A stretch of DNA of 64,000 bases from Heterodontus francisci (Eukaryota): contig NC_090404.1 in assembly GCF_036365525.1 (NCBI RefSeq), positions 10,478,001-10,542,000 on the forward strand, read 5' to 3'. Within the stretch, counting starts at the first letter, position 1. Each line of letters opens with the position of its first letter. Shown here piece after piece: positions 24,726 through 38,434 of the stretch. The notes under the pieces were generated by a model. The model was not told the origin of the DNA, made no database searches, and worked only from the letters and a program-made list of their open reading frames with translations. Position numbers and translations under genes: made by a program.

Positions 24726-26720
24726 GAAGAGATGTGGAACAGCTAGTCAAGAGGAAGAAGGAAGCTTACTTAAGGTTGAGGAAGCAAGGATCAGACAAGG
24801 CTCTAGAGGGTTACAAGATAGCCAGGAAGGAACTGAAGAATGGTCTTAGGAGAGCTAGAAGGGGACATGAAAATGTCTTGGCGGGTAGGATTACGGAAAA
24901 TCCCAAGGCATTCCTCACTTATGTGAGGAACGAAAGGATGGCCAGAGTGAGGGTAGGGCCGATCAGGGATAGTGGAGGGAACTTGTGCCTGGAGTCGGAG
25001 GAGGTAGGGGAGGTCCTAAATGAATACTTTGCTTCAGTATTCACTAGTGAGAGGCACCTGGTCGTTTGTGAGGACAGCGTGAAACAGGCTGAAATGCTCG
25101 AACAGGTTGGGGTTAGGAGGGAGGATGTGCTGGAAATTTTGTAAGACATGAGGACAGATAAGTCCCCGGGGCAAGACGGGATATACCCAAGGATATTACG
25201 GGAAGTGAGGGAAGAGATTGCTGCGCCTTTGGTGATGATCTTTGCGTCCTCACTGTCCACTGGAGTAGTGCCGGATGATTGGAGGGTGGCAAATGTTGTT
25301 CCCTTGTTCAAGAAAGGGAATAGGGATAACCCTGGGAATTATAGACCAGTCAGTCTTATGTTGGTAGTGGGCAAATTATTGGAGAGGATTCTGAGAGACA
25401 GGATTTATGATTATTTGGAAAAGCATAGTTTGATTAGAGACCATCAGCATGGCTTTGTGAGGGGCAGGTCATGCCTCACAAGCCTTATTGAATTCTTTGA
25501 AGATGTGACAAAACACATTGATGAAGGAAGAGCAGTGGATGTGGTGTATATGGATTTTAGCAAGGCGTTTGATAAGGTTCCCCATGGTAGGCTCATTCAG
25601 TAAGTGAGGAGGCATGGGATACAGGGAGAAGTTGGCTGTCTGGATACAAAATTGGCTGGCCCATAGAAGACAGAGTATGGTAGCAGATGGAAAGTATTTT
25701 GCATGGAGCTCGGTGACCAGTGGTGTTCTGCAGGGATCTGTTCTGGGACCTCTGCTCTTTGTGATTTTTATGAATTACTTGGATGAGGAAGTGGAAGGCT
25801 AGGTTAGCAAGTTTGCCAATGACACGAAGGTTGCTGGAGTTGTGGATAGTGTGGAAGGCTGTTGTAGGTTGCAACAGGACATTGACAGGATGCAGAGCTG
25901 GGCTGAGAAGTGGCAGATGGAGTTCAACCTGGAAAAGTGTGAAGTAATTCATTTTGGAAGGTCGAATTTGAATGCAGAATTCAGGCTTAAAGACAGGATT
26001 CTTGGTAGTGTGGAGGAACAGAGGGATCTTGGGGTCCATGTCCATAGATCGCTCAAATTTGCCACACAAGTTGATAGGGCTGTTAAGAAGGCGTATGGTG
26101 TGTTGGCTTTCATTAACAAGGGGATTGAGTTTAAGAGCCGCGAGGTTATGCTGCAGCTCTATAAGGTCCTGGTTCGACCACACTTGGAATATTGTGTTCA
26201 GTTCTGGTCGCCTCATTATAGGAAGGATATGGAAGCTTTAGAGAGGGTGCAGAGGAGATTTACCAGGATGCTGCCTGGACTGGACGGCATGTCTTATGAA
26301 GAAAGAATCAGGGAGCTAGGGCTTTTCCCATTGCAGCGAAGAAGGATGAGACGTGACTTGATAGAGGGGTACAAGATGATGAGAGGCATGGATAGAGTGG
26401 ATAGCCAGAGACTTTTTCCCAGGGTGGAAAGGGCTATCACCAGGGGGCATAATTTTAAGGTGATTGGAGGAAGGTTTCGAGAAGATGTCAGAGGTTGGTT
26501 CTTTACACAGAGAGTGGTGGGTGCGTGGAATGCGCTGCCAGCGGTGGTAGTAGAAGCAGATACATTAGGGACATTTAAGCGACTCTTGGATAGGTACGTG
26601 GATGATAGTAGAATGAAGGGTAGGTAGTTAGTTTGATCTTAGAGTAGGTTAAAGGTTCGGCACAACATCGTGGGCCTAAGGGCCTGTACTGTGCTGTACT
26701 GTTCTATGTTCTATGTTCTA
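24726..26720 (+). mobile_element. 5'-truncated CR1-type LINE
   Basis: RT fragments 24623-25144, 25148-25603, 25614-25802, 25842-26627 with stops/frameshifts; TGTTCTA tail. Confidence 0.93.
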
Positions 26721-27006
26721 GTGCTGATTGGTTGGCAAGTGAATGATTGGTAGAGGCGTTGACTTTTAATGCCTTTTCCGCGCTTGTTTGTCTCTTATCC
26801 ATGGACTCTACTCTTCATCCATAAACATATAAATTTCCTTCTTCCAGGCCTATTTTAACAAAGTAAAACCTTTGCTGCTACCCAGCTTATTAATTCCGAA
26901 CAGTTCCAAGCCAGCTCCCTATAAACAGGAACTGCAGACAGGGCAGTGAATAAACACAGCCTGCCTCACGATCTGTCCACCAACATCTGAACAGGTTTCA
27001 GAATAT

Positions 27007-27020
27007 CCACCAGAGGGCGT
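27007..27020 (+). promoter_or_regulatory. CTCF-binding motif
   Basis: CCACCAGAGGGCGT. Confidence 0.55.
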
Positions 27021-28257
27021 TAGGCCGTAACATTCCTTCCATGGATCAGACCCCGGGGTAGTGAGTTAAATTCTCTTTCTCCAACAATAGTGTCAGTTTT
27101 TTTTAATTAATTGAAGATTGTCACTTGCAATCCACAATGGGATCGTTTGGTACACTGGGCAATGATCACCACACAAAGCCATCCATCATCTCGAAGTTTG
27201 AGTTCAATAGAAAAAGCAAGTGAGTGGGAGTGGGGGCGGGGTGCGGGGGTGGGGGGAGGTGGTGGTGGTGGGGGGTGGTGAAAGACCAAGGAAGAAATAT
27301 TAAAATGCGAATGAATGTCACACCCTGAGCTCTGGTTTCTGAAGCCAGTAACTGTACTCATGAAAATGGGAGGGAAGACAATTCACATCACCTGGATTTT
27401 GTTTCTTTTCCAGCACCACATCCTTTTCTAGGCCGGGTGCAAGTTGTGAGGACAGTTCTTCAGGCTTGCTGCTGTTGAGTTCTTGTTAACGAGATCCCGT
27501 CCTACCCCTCACCCTGGGAGCTTTGAACCTGCTGCCCTCGGTCTTCCCCTAGGCATTTTAAACAGCTGAGCAGTAAATGACTGAAAAGTGTCGAGGCGCC
27601 ACCCCGTCATTGCAAATCCAAAATCTGAAAATTATAGAGGTTTAAATAAATCATTACAGGCACAAAGAATGTCGGAACTCACCAGCTATAATTTAAATAA
27701 CGTTTAAATGCAAACCACAGAAGGGGGCTCTTCTGGAAACGCTGATTGACGTATAGAAGAGTTAATTCTATATGTCTGTTCAGTTGTTTGTTCAGTAACA
27801 GCAGAGATCATCGTCCTAATATGATGGATTAATCAAACACCATGACTAAATCCGGAATCATTGTTAACTCACGAGTTAACTGACCAGTGGTACAAAGCTC
27901 ATTGGAGTCACAGTGCCCTGATGGTAAGGCTATAGAAATTCTAGAGAACGATTTGATCCTGGAATAAACCAAATCTATTAACAATCCTGTGCTTGCCGGT
28001 CATAATAAACAGACTGGGATTTCCTCTCCATCCCCAGTCTCTAACAGCGGAACCATTCCCCCTATAATGACAGTGACTGTAGCCCAACTCTGGGTGTTTC
28101 CATTCACTGACAGCCAGCTCACCACCTACAGCACCACTGGGGACACAAGGAAGTAAAGTGAGAGAATCCTGAGACACGACAACAGATTATTGAGGGTGGG
28201 GATTAGAACGGGTGTCTTCAAATATCCAACTCCCCTTTTACAGAGCGGACAGCGACA

Positions 28258-28582
28258 ATGCGGCTACTCAGTATCTGGGTCGTGTGGGGGCGAAATACTG
28301 ACAGGTAATTGTGGATTCAACACATTTCATCCTGTCTTTCATTTCCCAAGAATGTTTTAAATCAGTATTTTATGCATCCGCAAGTCTGATCGTTTCCTGT
28401 TTAGACCTGTTTTTCCGTTCTGAGTCATGGACATTGTCACTCAGCTGTCTGTGGATGCTAGGACAGAAGGAGAAGCGGTGATTTTAAGCTGTAGCTTTAA
28501 TACTACAAGGAACAAATATAATTTATTCTGGTATCGGCAACACCCAGACGCACAGCCCGAGTTTATACTCGAGGGATTCTGA
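28258..28582 (+). pseudogene. Truncated TCR alpha/delta V pseudogene
   Basis: Leader MRLLSIWVVW... is 47 nt (frameshift) ending at gtaatt; V part DIVTQLSVDARTEGEAVILSCSFNTTRNKYNLFWYRQHPDAQPEFILEGF*; 3' half and RSS not found, repeats follow. Confidence 0.85.
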
Positions 28583-28599
28583 AGATTAGGCAGATGTTC

Positions 28600-29280
28600 C
28601 TGAAATGAAAATAGAAACTTCTGGAAATAGTCAGCAGGTCTGGCAACATCTGTGCAGAGAGAAACAGAGTTAACGCTTCAGGTCGATGACCTTTCATCAG
28701 AACTGACAAAGGTTATAAGAGTAGTCAGTTCTCAGCAAGTGAAAGATTGCGGGCTGGGGAGAGGGGGGCGTAGGGGAGTGAGGGGAGGAGGTGGTGGGGC
28801 GAGGAAGAACAAAAGGGAAGGTCTGTGGTAGGGCTGGAGAGATTAAATGGCAAAGATGTCACGGAGAAAAGGCAAAGAGAATAGTAATAGTTGCAGTAAA
28901 ATACAAAGTATTTGTCCAGAGAGAGTGGTAATGAGAGAATAATGAACAGCTCTGGACAAAAGCAAAAACATGAAAACCCAGTTTAAGACCGGCCTATGGT
29001 TAAAAGAGAACAATCAAAATGGAGGCCATGGTCTGAAATTGTTCAACCCAATGTTGAGTCTAGAAGGCGGTAGAGTGCCTAATTGGAAGATGAGGTGCTG
29101 TTCCCTGATCTTGCGTTGAGTGGAACACTGCAGAAGGCCAAGGACAGAAATGTGGGCGTGTGTGCATGGGTGGTGAGTTAAAATGGCAAGGAACTGAAAG
29201 CTCAGGGTCATGCTTTCGGACTGAGTGGAGGTGTTCCACAAAGCGGTCAGTGTGGAGGAGAACACACTGTGAGAAGCAAA
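28600..29280 (-). mobile_element. Penelope-like element fragment
   Basis: Minus ORF ...ISVLGLLQCSTQRKIREQHLIFQLGTLPPSRLNI..., resembling the GIY-YIG C-terminus of Penelope elements. Confidence 0.6.
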
Positions 29281-29289
29281 TACGGTTTA

Positions 29290-31140
29290 CTAAGTTTCTC
29301 CAAGGTAGCCACGTAACTGAATTTCCTTATCAATTCTCGTGAACATTTTCCGTACTCTCTCAAATGCTTTTACATCTTTCCGAAAGTGTTGTGTCCAGGA
29401 CTGGATGCAATACTCCAGTTCAGGCCGAACCAGTGTTATGAACATACGAACATACATATGAACATACGAATTAGGAGCAGGAGTAGGCCACTCGGCCCTT
29501 CGAGCCTGCTCCACCATTCAACAAGTTCATGGCTGAACTGATTACTCCACATTTCCACCTACCCCCGATAACCTTCCACCCCTTTGCTTTTCAAAAATCT
29601 ATCTACCTCTGCCTTGAAAATATCCAAAGACTCGGCTTCCACTGACTTTTGAGGAAGAGAATGCCAAAGACTCACGACCCTCAGAGAGATAAATTCTCCT
29701 CATCTCTGTCTTAAATGGGCGACCCCTTATTTCTAAACAATGACCCCTAGTTCTAGATTCTCCCACAAGGGGAAACATCCTTTCCACATCCACCCTGTCA
29801 AGACCCCTCAGGATTGTATAAGTTTCAACCAAGTCGCCTCTTACTCTTCTAAATTCCAGTGGATACAAGCCTAGCCTCTCCAATCTTTCCTCATAAGACA
29901 GCCCGCTCATTCCAGGTATTAGTCTAGTAAACCTTTTCTGTACTGCCTCCAACGCAGTTATATCCTTCCTTAAATAAGGAGACCAGTACTGTTCACAGAT
30001 GTGGTCTCACCAACGCCCTGTGTAGCTACTTTTTATTCAATTCCCCTCGCGATAAATGATAACATTCTATTAGCTTTCCTAATTAAGTGCTGTACCTGCA
30101 TACTAACCTTTTGCGATTCATGCACTCGGACACCCAGATCCCTCTGCATCTTAGAGCTCTGCAATCTCTCACCATTTAGAAAATATGCTTCTTTCTTATT
30201 CTTCCTGCCAAAGTGGACAATTTCACATTTTCCCACATTATACGCCATTTGCCAGGTCTTTGCCCACTCACTTAACCTATATATATACCTTTGTAGCCCA
30301 CTTACGTCCTCTTCACAAGTTACTTTCCTGCCTATCTTTGTGTCATCAGCGAATTTAGCAACCATACCTTTGATCCCTTAATCGAAGCCATTTATAGAAA
30401 TTGTAAAAAGTTTAGGCCCCAGCACATATCCCTCTGGCACACCACTCATTACATCTTGCTAACCAGAAAATGACCCATTTATGCCTACTCTCTGTTTCCT
30501 GTTAGCTAGCCAATCTTCTATCCACGCCAGTATGCTACCCCTTACACCATGAGCTTTTATTTTCTGCAACAACCTTTGCTGTGGCACCTTATCTATAGAA
30601 ATATACAAATTCTATATAAATTTAACATAGCTCCCTTGCTTTTATACTCTACGTCCCCATTAATGAAGCCCAGGACACTATATGCTTTGTTAACCGTTCT
30701 CTCAGCCTCTCCTGACCCCTGTCTATGGCCTTTTGAAGTTTTGCACTACCCTCCTCACAGTTCACAATGTTTCAAAGTTTTAAATCAACAGCAAATTTTG
30801 AAATGCTGCCCTGTACACAAAGATCTACGTCGTTAATATAAATCAGCAATCGCAAAGATCCTAACACCAACCCCTTTGCAAATACATGATAGCTTTTCCT
30901 AATTGACCCGCATTTGTTCAAGTGACTATTAATTTTGTCCTAATTATTATCTCTAGACGTTTCCCCACCACCGAAGTTAAACTGACAGGCCTGTAGTTGC
31001 TGGGCTTACCTTTACAGCCTTTTTTGAACAAAAGTGCAACATTTGCAATTCTCCGGTCTTCTGTCACCACCCCTTTATCTCAAGAAGCCTGGAAAATTAT
31101 GGCCAGTGCCTCTACAATTTCCACTCAAACTTCCCTATCA
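29290..31140 (-). mobile_element. Decayed CR1-type LINE fragments
   Basis: Minus ORFs with KFADDTKIG, EAVQKRFTRLIPGM and LEYCIQ motifs. Confidence 0.85.
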
Positions 31141-34100
31141 ACGTCAACACAATCAGATTTAAGATGATCTGGTGAGAATGTGAAAGCCATTCGCACCATA
31201 AGGAATATATTTAGACCAGTTATATTTCACCTTTGGGTCGGTCACACTTATGAATGTAATTGGCACTATCATGTTTATTTTACATTAGGCCGTACGTCAA
31301 TTATTACTGAACTAGACCATGGCTCTGCTTATACTTTATTAGGTCCTGTCCCGGCTAAACTTCAGGAGAAAAGATCCCTGTTTATATTACACGATGCCCT
31401 GTCTCACTATTTACTGCACTCAGCCAGGTCTCTGCTTATACTAAACTAGATCCTGTCTCTGTTTATATCACATTAGACCCTGCGGCTGTTTGTAATACAC
31501 TCGACCCTGTCTCTTTATAACACATTAGGCCCTATCTAAGTTACTACGTCGCCACACCATTCCGCTCTTTATAATCCACTGTCCTACAATACATTTTCAA
31601 TACCTGTGCAGCGACAGATACAGAGACAGCTATCAACCTGACTGCAGCTCAGTGATTCTGACTTCCTCAAACAAAGCAGAGGCTTGTCACTCAAACCCTG
31701 CAATGCCCATTTACCACGCAACAGCTTTCTGAATCACACGCTCTGCCCCCCAGGTAGGGAAGAGTCGAAAGGCAGTTGTCTGTATCCAGAGTGGTGATGA
31801 TGATGGGACAGGGAGAGGCTTCTGCCATGTGCCAGTTTCCTGAATGGTTCCTTCCTGGCCTCTGTGACGCCTGTGCTGCTGGGAACTGAGTCTAAGGGCT
31901 GCTCCTTAGGGATCATCGTTTATCCATTGAACAGAGACAGACACTGAGCTGATCCACCGAGGGAACCCCCAGTCACGTGCACAAGGACATTGATCAGATC
32001 CGCCTTTCATTCAATCGCTTACATTGTTTTATTTCATATGTGTAACTCTTGTATTTTTTTCGGTTACCTGTCTATTTTTCAAATGATTTTCCCCATCTTT
32101 CTATGGCAATGGGAGTGTCTGAAGATTGTGAAGGAGATTGGGAGTAAAAGGCAAAAGCAGAAAGAAAGGGATAAACAGAGGTTTAAAAATTCTAGACAGG
32201 GAGCACAAAAATAAACAGCGGGTTAAAATTATGAAATAGTGCAATGAAAGTAAGATCTCAGCAATGTACTGGTGAAAGTGAGTGAGGGGGCCCACGGTGG
32301 ATCAGTCCTATCCCTTTATGTACTCATTGTTTAAAATCTGTGCAACATACTTGTACGGGTGCTTAAGGCCCCCTCTGTGCATCAAGCCAGATACTGTCTG
32401 TATTCAATGGTTAAAAATCTTAACTGAGTGAGGGTCCCCACAGTAGTTCAGTATCTCTCTATATTCAGTGATTAACGTTGTGAGAAATGCACCTGTGGAA
32501 GTGAGTGAGGCTCCCTCTGTGCATCAGCTCAGTGCATGTCCGCTCTCAATTTTAAAGTTTTAATCAATGTCCCTGTGCAGGCGAGCGAGACTCCGCGCGG
32601 TGGATCAGCTCACTGCCACCACAGTTAACGATCTGAGCAATGTGCCTTTACAGGTGAGTGAGGCGCCTTACGATGGATCAGTTCATTACCTGTCTGCTCT
32701 CAGTGGTTAAATGTTTGATCAGTAGAGCTGTGCTGCTGAGTGAGACCTTCCTCCATAGTTCTGCCCTGTGCCTGTTTGTGCATTTTAAGCGAGCTGCCAA
32801 ATGAGGAACATAGATTGAGGTGCGACTGAGTACAGTGAGTGATACAGAGCAACACAAAGAGAGCGAGACAAATAAGGGTGACACTGAGTACAGTGATACA
32901 ACTTGCACTGTTGTACCAGCTTATCACCCTCTGCGGGAGGTCTCAACTTTTTAAAAGTATAACTAATTAAAGATGAATTTGGCAGTTGTTTGCACGTAAA
33001 CATCAATGGAAGAGTTTAACTCTCAATTCCTGTTAATGGAATGTTATTGATCTTGCTTGAAGGGAGGAATGTTGATCAGGGCGTAGGGTGGAACCATGGG
33101 AGTTTTAATGCCCACCTAAACACACAAGGGGTGGGGAAGGGATTATCGTTTCAGATTGACCCTGCAAAAATAGTTCTATTTCACTGCACCGATTGGAAAC
33201 CTCGTTAATATGCTCATGTTCTGAAGTTGAGGTGGGATCCAAACTACTGATTCGCCACTTTAGCCAAGATGATACATGTTGCTTAATGTTCAGTGTGTTC
33301 AAATGACATTTTATAACTACAGTTCTCACCATAACATTAGTTGATACTGTTGCCGTTAAGCTGCCATATGATAATACCACAAACAGCAACTTCAGGATTA
33401 CAGTCACGAAACTGTTGATTGATGCAACTGAAATTCATTGAATCATGGAATCTGACAGCACAGAAGGAGGCCGTTCGGCCCATCGTGTCGGCTGTTCGAG
33501 AGAGCGATCCAACGAATTCCAAAGCCCGGAAAAGCTTTCCTGTTTGATTAATTATCCTACTCCCGTTTGAAAATTACCATTGAATCTGCGTCGAACGCCT
33601 TTCAGGCAAGTCATTCCAGCTCAAAACAATTCGCGAAATTAAAGAAAAATCGCCTTGTCACCTCCCCTTCTTCCTTTGTGACTTATCTTATACCTGTGTC
33701 CTCTGGTTACCGACACTCTTGCCAGTAGAAACGTCATCTCACTACCAACACCATCAAAACCCTGCATAATTTTGAACACTGATATTAAATCTCCCTATAC
33801 CCTTCTCTGCTCTAAGGAGAACAAACACTGTTTCTCTAATCTGTCCACAGAACTGAAGTCCCTCATCCCTAATCCAATTCTATTAAATCCCCTCTGCACC
33901 CTCTCTAAGGCCTTGTCATCTTCACTGAAGTGTGGACTAAAATAAAGACAACCATTATTTCTCCTCCAGGCTTTGGCAAAGGATTTGTGGTCTCTTAAAA
34001 TTGGGCTGTGCGGTAATCTGAGTATCATTAATAATCTTCAAAAGTAATATTCCTTGTTCAGACAGTGCAATCGATGACTTATGTACTCAGCAATATCGGT

Positions 34101-34734
34101 CTCTACATGACTCACGTTTCAGTAAAATGACTGCCGCTACCAGCTGATGGGACGTTTCATTATATCAACAGCGCTACATAAATGTAAATTGTTGCAGACA
34201 TGAGGGAAAAGATCTTTAGACAATGAGCTGCTATGATCTGGGATACACTGCCTCGCCAGCTAGTAGAAGCAGATTTAATAGTAATATTCAAAAGTAAATA
34301 GGAATTGGATAAATCGCTGACTTGCAAAAAATATGCATTAAGGAAACAATTCGTGTGTGCCCTTTAAAGTTGTTCCGAACAAGCAGACGAGGGTGAGCTA
34401 CCTGGGTGGACATTAGAACCTTGCAAGTTGCAACAGCCCATCGCGGTGCTGTGAGGCCGATTAACCTATCGTCTTTGTCAGTTACCGTCTGAGATTCGCC
34501 ATCATGATCTCTCCCTACCACGCTGATGAAGGAGTTGCTGATAATTTCTTATCCTTTCCTTGGATGTGAGCGTCGCTGGCAAAGCCTGCATTTTGTGTTC
34601 ATACCTAATGCAATGAAAACCTTAAAGCAATGAAGGGCTTGGTAGTTTGAACAAAAAATGCCTTAAATGTGAAAGTGTGGAGTGGAGGGCACATCCATGG
34701 AGATCGGACTAACCCGGGTTAGCACTTTAAGGCG

Positions 34735-35130
34735 GGAGACCGTGACGTTGTGGTAATATCATGCATTAGTAATCCAGAGGCTCAGGATAATGCCCCAGGG
34801 ACCTGAGTTTAAATCCCACCGCGGCAGCTGGTGGAATTGAAATTCAATTAATTCATACAAAATGATTAAAAACATGGGATTGAAAGCTAGTCTCAGTAAT
34901 GGTGCCATGAAAACTATCATCGATTGTCATAAAAACCCATCTGGTTGAGTAATGTCTTTTATGGCAGGAAATCTGCCTTCCTTACCTGGTCTGGCCTACA
35001 TGTGACTCCAGACCCACAGCAATGTGGCTGACTTTTAACTGCCCTTTGAACTGAGCTCGTGGGCAATTTGGGATGGGCAACAAATGCTGGCCTGTCAGCG
35101 ACACCCACATCGCAGGAAAGAAAAAGAAAC
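34735..35130 (+). mobile_element. tRNA-derived SINE with Deu-domain-like core
   Basis: B-box-like GAGTTTAAATCC; core AAACCCATCTGG...CCTTACCTGGTCTGGCCTACATGTGACTCCAGACCCACAGCAATGTGG; paralogous to 42310-42770. Confidence 0.7.
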
Positions 35131-35873
35131 CCTTTTCTCTATGTCACTAACCACCATAATCCCAATCCTGATTAATTTCAGCACAGTGGGATGGCGCCTC
35201 ATGTTAACTTCACTCAGAGATTATTCTCACAGGTTCAGTACATGTTCCCCTTCGGGAAATTAACAACACTGTCAAATGATGGCGGTAAGATATTACCTCA
35301 AAGTGATAAAGACAGGGTTTGAATGTATTTGAAGATGTTCATCTTATTTCACTCACTGCCTGTAATCAGACTGAAGTGGTTGACCGGGGCCTGGTTTCAT
35401 GACCCTTCTGCTGGGGACACACGCGGGGAAGATTTCCTCTGGTCTCTCTGTGGAAATCTCCTGTGAAAGCTGTTTAAACGAAACCGCAAGTTCATTCTTT
35501 TTGAATGCGACCACTGTCTTGTTCGAGATAGCGACCAGAGGAAATCTACCCCACAGCGTGGATAGTTTCGTTTAAACAGGGAAAGTGCATGATAATGAAG
35601 TTAATGCTCTGGATGAGCCTTCACACACCCGCACAAAAATAAACAAACACTCAGTGCGGATGGTGCCGAGCAGTTAAATAAACCCAAACCCCAGCGAAGA
35701 CGATGCTTCCCTCACATCATACACTGCGTTCACTGAGTGACTGACTCCACCATCAGATATTTCATTCTGTGGCTCAAAGGGGCTTTGATTGTCCCTGACC
35801 CTCATTTGAATCTCATTTCAATATATGGCGGGTGATCCGGAGATAGCTTCATTCGAGGGGAACAATGGGACCC

Positions 35874-35892
35874 GGAAGTGACGTTAACCAAT
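35874..35892 (+). promoter_or_regulatory. V promoter: Ets/CRE-half composite plus CCAAT
   Basis: GGAAGTGACGTTAACCAAT about 90 bp upstream of the leader ATG at 35971. Confidence 0.55.
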
Positions 35893-35970
35893 AGGAGCCT
35901 CTGACGGGGTCTGTTCCGGTCTGGGATCGGCCTTTTAAAGGGACCGGCAGGTTCGGTCTTGGCAGCAGCC

Positions 35971-36434
35971 ATGCGGATATTCAGCGCCTGGGTTGTGTTT
36001 GCGGTGTTTATTCTTGGTAAGGATGATTTCAATTATGTTGTGTCCAAGCTATTGTGTTAATAAATATTTCAGTAACGCCTTTTAATTCTCGATCATGTCT
36101 TGTTCCTGGAAACACGTTACAGATCAGAGTTATGGCGATTCTGTTACTCAATCCCAGTCTTCAGAGAACAGGAGAGAAGATGAAGCGGTGACTATAAAAT
36201 GTACCTACATTACCACAGCAAACAACTATTATTTATATTGGTACCGGCAATACGCAGAGAAAGAGCCCCAGTTTGTTGTCTGGAGACGGTCTTGGAACAC
36301 AGAGCAAGACAGAGGCGAAGGATTTGGAGCCCGTTTCTCTGCTGAGCTCCAGACAGCGACTAAATTCACCAGTTTAACTATCTCGGGTCTGCAGCTGACT
36401 GACTCTGCCGTGTATTACTGCGCTCTCTCAGACT
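35971..36434 (+). CDS. TCR alpha/delta V segment, intact (L1 35971-36016; V exon 36123-36434)
   Basis: MRIFSAWVVFAVFIL G|gt...ag|; DQSYGDSVTQ...TIKCTY...YLYWYRQ...LTDSAVYYCALSD. Confidence 0.95.
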
Positions 36435-36473
36435 CACAGTGATGGAAAGCAGTCTCACCCCTGTACAAAAACT
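36435..36473 (+). other. 23-bp-spacer RSS
   Basis: CACAGTG - 23 nt - ACAAAAACT. Confidence 0.95.
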
Positions 36474-37261
36474 GTCTTTGGACTGTGGGTGGGAGATCCT
36501 GTCTGTTGGGAGTTGTGTAGAATCCCGGGCAGATGCAGCCACAATGTGCAGCGCGCTGTCAGGCGCTCAAACACACACCGAGAGGAAACCAAATTAACCT
36601 CGGATCAAACTGTCACCCAACTGTTTCCAGGAGCGGCCGAGAAAACAAACTGCAGAATCCAATCAGACAGACAGATCCAGCACAGAATCAATCTACCAGT
36701 TAAACTGTCCTTGCTGCTTCGGTATATTCCATTGAAATCAGGGCTCAATGTTCAGATCAGAGGTTGCTGTCACTCAAAAGTCCCTCAAACCTGCCCGACA
36801 GCATCTCACAGAGCCTGTGGACTGCAGGGTATCACATGACAGTGAGGGAAATCTACCGATTGTAAAGGTAATGGGGGAGCTGAGGAGAAACGAGAACAAA
36901 GGAAACGGGGAACAGATGGCGACGAATGGAAGTTAAAAAAAATCTAGGCAGGAAGCAGAAAAATAACAGCAAGTTAAAATTACGAAAGAATAAAATGAAA
37001 GGAAGATCTGACCAACGTACTTGTGCAGGCGACAAGCCCCAAAGGTGGATCAGTTCTATCACTGTATGTACTCAATGTTTAGAATCTGAACAATTTTCCT
37101 ATACAGGTGAGTGAGCCTCCCCACAGTGCATCAGCTCCGTGCCTGTATGGTGCCAATGCTGAAAGATTTGATCAATGGTTACATGCTGGTGAGAGAACCC
37201 TTTTCCATAGATCACCCTGTTCCTGTCTGTACACTTTGACAGAGCTTCCCAAATGATGCAC

Positions 37262-37820
37262 AAAGATAAAGGTGAGACTGAGCACAGTGAGTGATACAGA
37301 GAGACCAACAGAATGAGATAGATAAAAGTGAGATTGAGTATCGTGATAAAGAGAAACACCGACAGAGGGAGAGAGATGAAGGTGAGATTGAGTATCGTGA
37401 TAAAGAGAAACACCGACAGAGGGAGAGAGATGAAGGTGAGATTGAGTATCATGGTAAAGAGAAACACCGACAGAGGGAGAGAGATGAAGGTGAGATTGAG
37501 TATCATGGTAAAGAGAAACACCGACAGAGGGAGAGAGATGAAGGTGAGATTGAGTATCGTGATTAAGAGAAACACCAACATAGGGACATAGATGAAGGTG
37601 CGACTGAGCACAGTGATACCGAGAGACACCAATACAGGGCGATAGATAAAATTGAGACTGTACGCAGTGACATAGAGAATCAGCAACAGAGGGCGAGTGT
37701 TAAAGGTGAGACTGAGTACAGTGAGTCATATAGAGAGACACCAACAGACGGAAAGAGATGAAAGTGAGACTGAGTTCAGTGAGTGAAACAGAGAGACACT
37801 AAGAAAGAGAGATAAAGACC
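37262..37820 (-). repeat. Short 54-bp minisatellite, inverted relative of the 55790-63240 array
   Basis: 54-bp periodicity (18-aa repeats in the ORF track); reverse complement resembles the large array unit. Confidence 0.85.
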
Positions 37821-37929
37821 TCTTTCTGTGCTGTTTGATGGGATGATTCCGCTCTCAGGAATTGCACTCTGTGCTGCAGCTCTATCTGACCGAACTGAAA
37901 CTCAGCCTCTACCACAACAGACCGCAGTC

Positions 37930-38434
37930 AGTTTCTGTACGAGAGGAGAACTGGGTTTTAGCACTGTGTCTGAACGATGGGGCGAATCCATAAATGTACA
38001 GCGCCGTGTCACTCAGCTGGACGTAGTGACGGTTAAAATAGACACTTTTGAATATGCGTTTAGTTAAGAAATAAAGTAATTCCCAATATATTTTGCTTTT
38101 CCCTGACTGTCAGGAGAACTTCTCCACACGATCATCTCCGGGGGAGCATCAGGATACTTCCGGTACCAGTACAGGTCATACACACATGCTGTTGTCGAAT
38201 AGCCACATTTATGTTCTGAAAGTCTGTCCCATTTTCAGGACTGTAGCCGACCAATCCTGAGATACAGAATCTCCCTGGCTCAGATCTGGTGGAAAGATTG
38301 AAAGCACAGATTACAAGTTAAATGTGGGTTTGATAAGAACCTGTGCTTGAGAACAGTTTGTACTATGACACCTTTTAAAGACTTACCAAAAGTTATGCAG
38401 GTGAGGGAGTAAGAAGGGTGAATTTGAAATACAT
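37930..38434 (-). pseudogene. TCR alpha/delta V pseudogene with intact 23-RSS
   Basis: L1 38387-38434 (48 nt, frameshift); V exon 37969-38285 DLSQGDSVSQ...CGYSTT...LYWYRKYP... with stops/frameshifts and lost second Cys; RSS CACAGTG-23-ACAGAAACT at 37930-37968. Confidence 0.9.

Noticed and set aside
27909-27950. Isolated CACAGTG heptamers (also near 4085, 17983, 35182, 37122)
   Set aside because: No nonamer at 12- or 23-bp spacing and no adjacent D/J-like coding sequence.
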